From NCBI GenBank assembly GCA_049472335.1, contig JBLIRO010000004.1, forward strand, positions 14,368 through 78,367: a stretch of DNA of 64,000 nucleotides, given 5' to 3'. The DNA comes from a bacterium (GTDB taxonomy: Bacteria; SZUA-182; DTGQ01; JAFGSM01). The notes under the pieces were generated by a model, which was not told where the DNA came from, did no database searches, and saw only the letters and a program-made list of their open reading frames with translations. The position numbers and the translations under genes are program-made. Positions 57,279-64,000 of the stretch are shown here, piece after piece; position 1 is the stretch's first letter; every line of letters starts with the position of its first letter.

Positions 57279-58589
57279 ATGGCCATGGTTTTTTATTTAT
57301 TTTACAGTTTATTACTTTTTATTGTACTTTTGATTTACGGACCCTTTTATCTAAAAAGGATAAACAGGGGAGGAAAATATAGACCTGATTTATTAAAAAG
57401 GCTAGGATTTTCCTTACCAGAACCACGATCCAAAAAAGGTGTTCGCATCCTTATACATTCAGTATCAGTTGGTGAAACAAGGGCGGTTATACCCATTATA
57501 AATGAATTGAAAAGAAGGCGCCCGGGTTGTGAAATTTATTTGACTACAACTACCGGATCGGGTCAAAAGACCGCGGAACAAATAGGTGGCAATCTTGACA
57601 ATATACTCTATTTCCCAATCGATTTTAGATACATATGCTCCTCCTTTCTAAGACGGATAAGACCTGATTGCATCTGCCTGACGGAAACAGAGCTTTGGCC
57701 CAATTTTATACGGAGCGCATCGAGGTACAGGATGCCTCTTATCCTGATAAACGGAAGGATATCGGATAAGTCATTTCGAAACTATGGGTTTGTCAGGCCC
57801 TTTGTAAAATCTATCCTGGGAAAATTCAATACATTATGTATGCAATCGGTTTTGGATGCCAGAAGGATTGTTGCACTGGGTGCCGAATATGACAAGGTTA
57901 AGGTGACCGGTAATATTAAATTCGAGTTGGGACATCTGAAAATAAAAGAAAAAGAAGACGTCATGTTGAGAAATCAATTGGGATTACATGAAAACCAGCC
58001 GGTACTGGTGGCAGGGAGCACTCACCCCGGGGAGGAAAGGGCCATTTTTGCAAGCTTCAAAAGACTTCTTACCGAATATCCCGGTCTTGTGTTGATTCTA
58101 GCTCCAAGGCATGTAGAGAGATCAGAGGAGATTTCTAAAATTGTCAAGGAAGCCGGGCTTAAAAGTACCTTTTGGAGCAGGCTTTCCGGGAGCGACAGAA
58201 TAAAGGAGGGCGGGATTTTACAGATAGATGTGATCGGTTTGCTGGCAAAGATCTATAGCCTGGCAACCATTGTGATAATCGGCGGGAGCTTTGTCACTCA
58301 TGGTGGCCAAAACCCCCTTGAACCTGCATTTTTTGGAAAACCTGTCATCTTCGGCCCGCATATGGAAAATTTCAGATCCATCAGCTCAATGCTTATGGAT
58401 GCAAATGCAGCGGTTATGATACAAGAAAGCGATCTTTTTCGAATATTGTCTGAATTATTGAAAGATAAAGAACGAAGGGAAAAAATGGGCAAAGCCGCCA
58501 GGGGAGTGATAGATGCAAACAAGGGGGCTGTGAAAAGAACATGTGATGAGATCCTGGGAGTTATCAGGGGGATTAATGTCTGGGATTAA
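57279..58589 (+). CDS. waaA: 3-deoxy-D-manno-octulosonic acid (Kdo) transferase
   Basis: N-terminal TM helix. HSVSVGETRAV, LAPRH…R, GGSF…GGQNPLEPA. Confidence 0.9.
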   Translation: MAMVFYLFYSLLLFIVLLIYGPFYLKRINRGGKYRPDLLKRLGFSLPEPRSKKGVRILIHSVSVGETRAVIPIINELKRRRPGCEIYLTTTTGSGQKTAEQIGGNLDNILYFPIDFRYICSSFLRRIRPDCICLTETELWPNFIRSASRYRMPLILINGRISDKSFRNYGFVRPFVKSILGKFNTLCMQSVLDARRIVALGAEYDKVKVTGNIKFELGHLKIKEKEDVMLRNQLGLHENQPVLVAGSTHPGEERAIFASFKRLLTEYPGLVLILAPRHVERSEEISKIVKEAGLKSTFWSRLSGSDRIKEGGILQIDVIGLLAKIYSLATIVIIGGSFVTHGGQNPLEPAFFGKPVIFGPHMENFRSISSMLMDANAAVMIQESDLFRILSELLKDKERREKMGKAARGVIDANKGAVKRTCDEILGVIRGINVWD

Positions 58590-59517
58590 GGTCTCATATA
58601 ATCGGCCGGGAAGATATCAAGCTGAGTATATGGCTTATCTGGCTTTAAAGGTCCTCCTGCGTATTGCTCCTTTTGGCCTCATGATGAGAAATTCGGATTC
58701 AATAGGCAGGTGGATCTTTCATGGTCTTGGAATTCGGAATGATGTAGCCCTGGCCAATCTGAAATATGCCTTTGGGGACAGTTATAATGGCGAGCCTGTT
58801 GAGACAATTTCCAACAGATTTAGTGCACACCTTTTTAAAATAGTACTTGAGCTGGCCAATATTAGAAAATTCATCATGCATATGGATGATTATGTAAAGC
58901 TAAGAAATCTGGATAGATTAAAAAATGCACTTCAGAAGGGGAAGGGGGTTCTCTTGCCGTCAGGGCATTTCGGAAATTTTGAACTCGGGGCGCTGGCCCT
59001 TGCCTGGGCCGGTCTGCCGGTTAGCGTCCTTATTAAGCACATGAGGAATCCATTTATAGACCGGGACCTTACAGACATTCGTCAAAGTCTGGGTACAGAA
59101 GTCCTGGATATAGAGTATGCAGGAAGGGGAATCCTCAGCGCTCTTAAAAGGAACCGGATTGTTTGCATATTGGGTGATCAGGATGTCGGTTTGATGAGAG
59201 GCACAATAGTTGATTTTTTCGGTCACCCTACTTCCACACCTAACGGTACCGCAAGGATGGCAATCCAGACAGGGGCTCCTGTTTTACCCTGCTTTATATA
59301 CCGTAAAGAGAACGATACTCATGTGCTGGAGGTGGAGCCTGCCCTGGAAGTTGATTGTTCAAGGAATATGAGGGAAAAGGAGATCAGGCGGATAACCCAG
59401 GAGATTTCACTGATACTGGAAGGGTGGATTTATGCTCATCCCGAGCAGTACTTCTGGCTTCACAGGAGATGGAAGAGCACTTCCGACGGAAAATTGCTAT
59501 ATCAGAAAAAAATTTGA
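58576..59517 (+). CDS. Lipid A biosynthesis (LpxL/HtrB-family) late acyltransferase
   Basis: SGHFGNFE (H-x4-E active-site motif), ILGDQD, YFWLHRRWK. Start set at the ATG at 58576, overlapping the end of waaA. Confidence 0.8.
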   Translation: MSGIKVSYNRPGRYQAEYMAYLALKVLLRIAPFGLMMRNSDSIGRWIFHGLGIRNDVALANLKYAFGDSYNGEPVETISNRFSAHLFKIVLELANIRKFIMHMDDYVKLRNLDRLKNALQKGKGVLLPSGHFGNFELGALALAWAGLPVSVLIKHMRNPFIDRDLTDIRQSLGTEVLDIEYAGRGILSALKRNRIVCILGDQDVGLMRGTIVDFFGHPTSTPNGTARMAIQTGAPVLPCFIYRKENDTHVLEVEPALEVDCSRNMREKEIRRITQEISLILEGWIYAHPEQYFWLHRRWKSTSDGKLLYQKKI

Positions 59518-59575
59518 CGCAATAATGAATCTTCTGCTCAAAAAGCATAGCAAAAATTCACAATTGGAGTTTTAG

Positions 59576-60652
59576 ATGAAAAAAGATGGTCAGTCGAGGA
59601 TACTTGTCCTGCGATACCGTTTTATCGGTGATACAATACTAACAGTGCCTTTTTTGAGAAATCTCAGACAGGCCGAGCCGGGAGCAGTTATACATTTGGT
59701 CCTTGCACCTGTTTCGGGTGAGGTTTTAAAGGGCATACCCTATGTTGACCGTATCTTTTATTGGGATCCTCAAACGATCCACGGGGACTGTTTGGGAACC
59801 CACAGCACCATGAGAAGAAAGCTGGAATTCATAAGAAAATTGAGAAGCTTTCACTATACAAAGGTATATGTATTAAAAAGGAGTTTTTCATCGGCTCTTA
59901 TGGGCTACCTCACGGGCGCTTCTGAGAGGATAGGCTTTGATACGGAGAAGAGAGGTTTTCTTTTAACCAAACGTATCCCGTATGCCCATAACCTGCATGA
60001 GGTGCAAAATTTTTTGAACTGCCTGCGGTATGATGATATTAGGATTTCGGACGATCATCTGGATACCTGGATCTCAGAGAGTGAGAGGAAAGAAGCTTCA
60101 AATTTATTATTAAACCAGGGCTGGGAGGAGGGAGAGCCTGTTTTGGCAATACATCCGTTTTCGGCTGTTAGGGAAAGGAGCTGGCCTCTGAAACGATTCA
60201 TTCAACTTGCCAATTATGTGTCATCAAAATACGGATGGCCGGTGCTGTGGCTCGGAGGGAAAAACGATTTGATATATGAAGATGAAGTTTTGTCAGGATT
60301 CAAGGGAAAGGCAATTATGGCTATTGGCTGTACAGATATAAGACAGAGTATGGCCCTTATCTCCCTCACCAGACTTTTTGTCGGAAACGACAGTGGAATC
60401 ATGCACCTTGCCGCCGCTCTCAATGTGCCTCTTGTTGCCATTTTTGGTCCTCAATCGGAAATAAAATTCGGTCCCTGGGGGGCAAGAGACAGGTGCCGTA
60501 TAATATCCAGAAGATTCCCCTGTCATCCGTGCCGTCAGAAATTTTTTTCAGAATGCGAGCCCGGACCGGAAGGCAGGCCCCTGTGTCTGGAATCCATAAG
60601 CATCAAAGAGGTTATGGAAGAGATTGATCATTTGATACAAGATCTGGGTTAA
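59576..60652 (+). CDS. Family 9 glycosyltransferase (heptosyltransferase, WaaF-like)
   Basis: ILVLRYRFIGDTILTVPFLRNLR, LVGNDSGIMHLAAAL, FGP. Confidence 0.8.
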   Translation: MKKDGQSRILVLRYRFIGDTILTVPFLRNLRQAEPGAVIHLVLAPVSGEVLKGIPYVDRIFYWDPQTIHGDCLGTHSTMRRKLEFIRKLRSFHYTKVYVLKRSFSSALMGYLTGASERIGFDTEKRGFLLTKRIPYAHNLHEVQNFLNCLRYDDIRISDDHLDTWISESERKEASNLLLNQGWEEGEPVLAIHPFSAVRERSWPLKRFIQLANYVSSKYGWPVLWLGGKNDLIYEDEVLSGFKGKAIMAIGCTDIRQSMALISLTRLFVGNDSGIMHLAAALNVPLVAIFGPQSEIKFGPWGARDRCRIISRRFPCHPCRQKFFSECEPGPEGRPLCLESISIKEVMEEIDHLIQDLG

Positions 60653-60694
60653 AGCTTGATGGATTCGTAAAAAAGGTCATTTCGGAGTATTTGT

Positions 60695-61750
60695 ATGAGG
60701 ATATTGATTATAAAATTAAGCTCCCTTGGTGATATCATACATTGTCTTCCATGTCTGAATGCCATAAAGACCGGTTTTCATGATGTGAGAATAGATTGGC
60801 TGGTAGAGGAGCAAAATGCCGGAATTCTGGAGGGTCATCCCCATATTGATAATCTTATAATACTTAACAGAAAATCTTGGATGAAAAAACCCTGGCATAT
60901 AAAAAAAATATGTTCTGAAATAATGGCATTTATGAAAGAGCTTAGGTCAAGAGAATACGATATAATAATCGATTTTCAGGGACTCTTCAGGAGTGGGCTT
61001 ATGGTTGGTTTAAGTAAAGGGAACCGTAAGGTAGGTTTCAATAGAGTAAGGGAAATGGCACATCTTTTTTATAATGAAAAGGTCTGTCTTTCGACCATGG
61101 ACCAGCATGCTGTGACAAGATATCTTGAGATACCTTATTATCTCGGAGTAAAAAAACACATCCCTCAATTTTTTTTGCCTGTGAGTGAAAAGGACTCGGA
61201 TTATGTTAATAAATTACTTGAAGATATAAATAATAAAGCTATAAAAAACAATAAAATAATTGTTATAAATCCAAACGCAAGATGGCCATCAAAGATATGG
61301 CCCTGGGATAGATACAGAGAGCTTATTAAGGAATTGTGTTTTAGGAATTATGAGGTCATACTCATCGGAAGTGCCGGTGAAAAGGCCAGGATGGACTTGA
61401 CCTTTGGCGGTTTAGGGGACAGAGTCCATAATTTCGCTGGTAAGACAACAATAAAGAGTTTAGCGGCTCTGTTAAAAAAAGTGGATTGCATGATCACCAA
61501 CGATTCCGGACCAATGCATCTTGCCGTTGCCGTAGGCCTTCCTGTTATAGCCCTTTTTGGACCATCAAATCCATTAAGGACAGGGCCATTTGGCTGGCAA
61601 AAAGGAAATCAAAAAGACAGGGTGTTATCCAGCCAATTACATTGTGCCCCTTGTTATAAGAGAAAATGTATTGATATGTCATGCATGCTGGAGATTTCGG
61701 TTGCTCAGTTATTAAATGAACTTGAAGGATTGTTGAGTCAAGGATATTAG
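60695..61750 (+). CDS. Family 9 glycosyltransferase (heptosyltransferase, WaaC-like)
   Basis: MRILIIKLSSLGDIIHCLP, ITNDSGPMHLAVAVGLPVIALFGPSNP. Confidence 0.8.
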   Translation: MRILIIKLSSLGDIIHCLPCLNAIKTGFHDVRIDWLVEEQNAGILEGHPHIDNLIILNRKSWMKKPWHIKKICSEIMAFMKELRSREYDIIIDFQGLFRSGLMVGLSKGNRKVGFNRVREMAHLFYNEKVCLSTMDQHAVTRYLEIPYYLGVKKHIPQFFLPVSEKDSDYVNKLLEDINNKAIKNNKIIVINPNARWPSKIWPWDRYRELIKELCFRNYEVILIGSAGEKARMDLTFGGLGDRVHNFAGKTTIKSLAALLKKVDCMITNDSGPMHLAVAVGLPVIALFGPSNPLRTGPFGWQKGNQKDRVLSSQLHCAPCYKRKCIDMSCMLEISVAQLLNELEGLLSQGY

Positions 61751-61770
61751 TAATAAAGGAAATAACCGGT

Positions 61771-64000
61771 TTAATCAATTATCTTTTTGATGAGATCCCT
61801 GACAATTCTGGGAGAAAAATTGGCTTCGATAAATTGCCTGCCATTTATTGATATTGTACGCCATAAATTTTCATCATAATAAACATTGATAACCTTCCTG
61901 GCAAATTCTTCAGAAGTATCTGCTATCAATACATCTTTGCCATTAATCAATCCCATCCCTTCAGCACCGACTGAAGTTGTTACAACAGGAATGCCTGATG
62001 ACAAGGCTTCGCCAACTTTGCCTTTCATGCCGGCTCCAAATCGAATCGGGGCCACAAATACTTTGCATTTTTGTAAATATCTCTGTGTATCCCTGATTGG
62101 CCCTGTGAAGATTATATGGCTATTTGTTATTCTTTCCACAAAATGATCAGGGTACTCACCTATAATATAAAAATTAATATTATTTATTCTGCTTCTAATC
62201 AAAGGAAAAATCTCTTTTGAGAAATATTCAACAGCGTCTGGATTAGGATTATGTTTATATCCGCCTATAAATAAAAGATCCTCTCTTTTGTTGAAGTTTT
62301 TACAATTTTCAATTACTGGATGAATGTTTGGTATTATTTCAACCCTGTTATCCGGGCATTCTTCTTCAATGATTTTTCTTTCCTTTTCTGTAATGGTAAT
62401 AACAGTATCAGATTTTCGAAATACAGACAATTCTTTATTCTTGGTTTCTTTTGATTTTTTAAACTTTTTCCTATCATTTAGAATTTCTGCTTCTCTCTGT
62501 TCTCTTAAATAGTGCAGATCAACGCTATCAGTTATACATCTTGTTTCTTTCATTAATTTTTTACATAAATCCAAATACTTACAAGCCATATAATAATGAA
62601 CAAACCATACAATATCGAAAGAATCCGATGAAAGTAATTTTTTAATAAAAATCTTCCTTCTTAAACTTCTAGTTGATATGAATCTTCCTTTTTTTAAATG
62701 GGGAAAATACACAACCATTATCCCCATATCTTCCAGTTTGTCTTTGTATTTCCTTTGGGTTTCCAAAAATGAATGTGTAAAAAAAATTATCCGATGCCCT
62801 TCATTTAATAAAATTTTCAAAATATTAAACAGTCTAAATCCCCCGGAGTCCCTATCGAAAGCAGGTAATAGGGGGTAAAAAAATAGAATCTTTTTACCTT
62901 TCTTGCGGTCTGCTGCTTCCTTAATATTTTTTGAATCAGGACAGTATTGGTCTTTTAACTCCTTTTCCCACTTTTTTAAAAATTTAATCTTATTTATTTC
63001 CTGATACCTTTTAATGCCGGATGATAAATCTCTGCCACATGTTGCACCTTCAAAGTGAACAACGGAGCTTTTAGGTTGGTAAATTACCTTATACCCTAAT
63101 TTCCTTATGGAAAAACATAAATCAGTATCCTCATAATAGGCAGGTGAAAATCTTTCATCAAAACCCCCCGTTTTTTCAAATAAATCTCTTCTTACTAAAA
63201 GACAGGCACCGGAACAATAGTCAACCTCTCTGACATAATTATAATCTTGTTTGTAAGGATCGTCTCCCCTTCCAAAGTTATGACCCGAAGCATCATTAAA
63301 AATTATGCCTCCTGCTTCCTGTAATTTGCCATCTGGATAAATGAGTTTTGCTCCTACTGCGCCAATTTCTCTATTTTTTTCTAAAGTTTCTAACAAATTT
63401 TCAAAACAATTTTCCAGAGGAATAGTATCGTTGTTCAGAAACAAGAAATATTCGCCCTGTGCAAACTGCGCACCTTTATTACAGGATTTTAAAAAACCGA
63501 TGTTTTTTTCATTATGAATTATTTTAATTTTATTTTTCATAGATTCTAAATAGTTATAAATATTATTTTCCGTTGAAGCATCATTAATAACAATAATTTC
63601 CGTGTTATAATTCATCTGGGAAAGGATTGTTTTAATACATTGCTCAGTGTAAAATAAATTATTAAAGATAGGCATTATGACTGAAAGCTTTATTTTGGGA
63701 ATCTGAGGAAAATCATTATTGCGGCATAAGGCTATAAAAAAATTTGCATTCCCTATATCTTCTCTATTTATTACTATATCTTTAAGCGTTGGAATGTATT
63801 TATTGCCTTCAATGTTTTTATATAATTGATTACAGTTTTGTCCATATGTATCGATATTATAGAAATATTTTTTCAAAAGACTATTGAATTCATCCAAATA
63901 AAATTCCTTGAAATGAAAAGGATTTTTACCATCGGAACCAATCGCCTGATAATTGGATTTGTTCGGTGTAGATACGATAAAAATACCGGACTTTTTTAAA
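61771..64000 (-). CDS. Multidomain glycosyltransferase (GT2 domain plus GT1/GT4 domain). The ORF continues upstream past the window end into a methyltransferase-like segment.
   Basis: GT2 motifs LSVIMPIFNN, VINDAS, FLNNDT. The C-terminal GT4-like domain has the E-x7-E-like region GMKGKVGEAL. The track start at 63897 is a TTG. The frame stays open to 63999 and reads LKKSGIFIVSTPNKSNYQAIGSDGKNPFHFKEFYL, the C-terminal end of a class I SAM-methyltransferase-like domain. Confidence 0.8.
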   Translation of the reverse strand, partial: LKKSGIFIVSTPNKSNYQAIGSDGKNPFHFKEFYLDEFNSLLKKYFYNIDTYGQNCNQLYKNIEGNKYIPTLKDIVINREDIGNANFFIALCRNNDFPQIPKIKLSVIMPIFNNLFYTEQCIKTILSQMNYNTEIIVINDASTENNIYNYLESMKNKIKIIHNEKNIGFLKSCNKGAQFAQGEYFLFLNNDTIPLENCFENLLETLEKNREIGAVGAKLIYPDGKLQEAGGIIFNDASGHNFGRGDDPYKQDYNYVREVDYCSGACLLVRRDLFEKTGGFDERFSPAYYEDTDLCFSIRKLGYKVIYQPKSSVVHFEGATCGRDLSSGIKRYQEINKIKFLKKWEKELKDQYCPDSKNIKEAADRKKGKKILFFYPLLPAFDRDSGGFRLFNILKILLNEGHRIIFFTHSFLETQRKYKDKLEDMGIMVVYFPHLKKGRFISTRSLRRKIFIKKLLSSDSFDIVWFVHYYMACKYLDLCKKLMKETRCITDSVDLHYLREQREAEILNDRKKFKKSKETKNKELSVFRKSDTVITITEKERKIIEEECPDNRVEIIPNIHPVIENCKNFNKREDLLFIGGYKHNPNPDAVEYFSKEIFPLIRSRINNINFYIIGEYPDHFVERITNSHIIFTGPIRDTQRYLQKCKVFVAPIRFGAGMKGKVGEALSSGIPVVTTSVGAEGMGLINGKDVLIADTSEEFARKVINVYYDENLWRTISINGRQFIEANFSPRIVRDLIKKIID

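Noticed and set aside
1-64000. Search by eye for CRISPR arrays, tRNA/rRNA/tmRNA/RNase P/SRP RNA signatures and riboswitch-like leaders.
   Set aside because: I found no regularly spaced direct repeats and no characteristic conserved RNA motifs. A tRNAscan or Infernal run would be needed to be certain.

Overview
This 64-kb window comes from a Gram-negative bacterium with roughly 40% GC (judged by eye, not computed). Gene content suggests an anaerobe of the Desulfobacterota or Nitrospirota type: an alternative-haem AhbA/B-like gene next to hemL, a DapL-type aminotransferase, multihaem cytochromes, and an LPS lipid A/core cluster. I found no rRNA, tRNA or CRISPR array.

Layout:
- 1-10.3 kb, minus strand: a tightly coupled operon of six uncharacterised proteins, three of them very large (983, 701 and 1244 aa). 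I recognise no catalytic, NTPase, signal-peptide or transmembrane motifs in them. A patatin-like phospholipase lies directly upstream, followed by a divergent, apparently truncated P-loop ATPase. This is my best candidate for an undescribed system.
- 12.7-18.0 kb: a LolCDE/MacB-type ABC transporter operon with a LolA-like protein and an outer-membrane barrel.
- 18.3-29.8 kb: a glutaminyl cyclase with a long low-complexity N-terminus, three secreted Gly/Tyr-repeat proteins (two are tandem paralogues sharing a C-terminal domain), an Lhr helicase, and a TraF/FadL-like barrel.
- 30-42 kb: housekeeping genes (CBS, parvulin, HD-GYP, csp, panDCB, folK, aminotransferase, PAS histidine kinase, hisG, mltG, ruvX).
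- 42.0-51.6 kb: an island of about 8.2 kb carrying a 14-haem cytochrome c, a frameshifted DsrE-like gene, and a beta-propeller/dihaem peroxidase-like protein. It is bracketed by two diverged copies of the ruvX-ahb intergenic region, with hemL, GT2, UvrD and transposase relics.
- 51.6-64 kb: ahb-like gene, hemL and LPS core genes (lpxB, waaA, acyltransferases, heptosyltransferases, multidomain glycosyltransferase).
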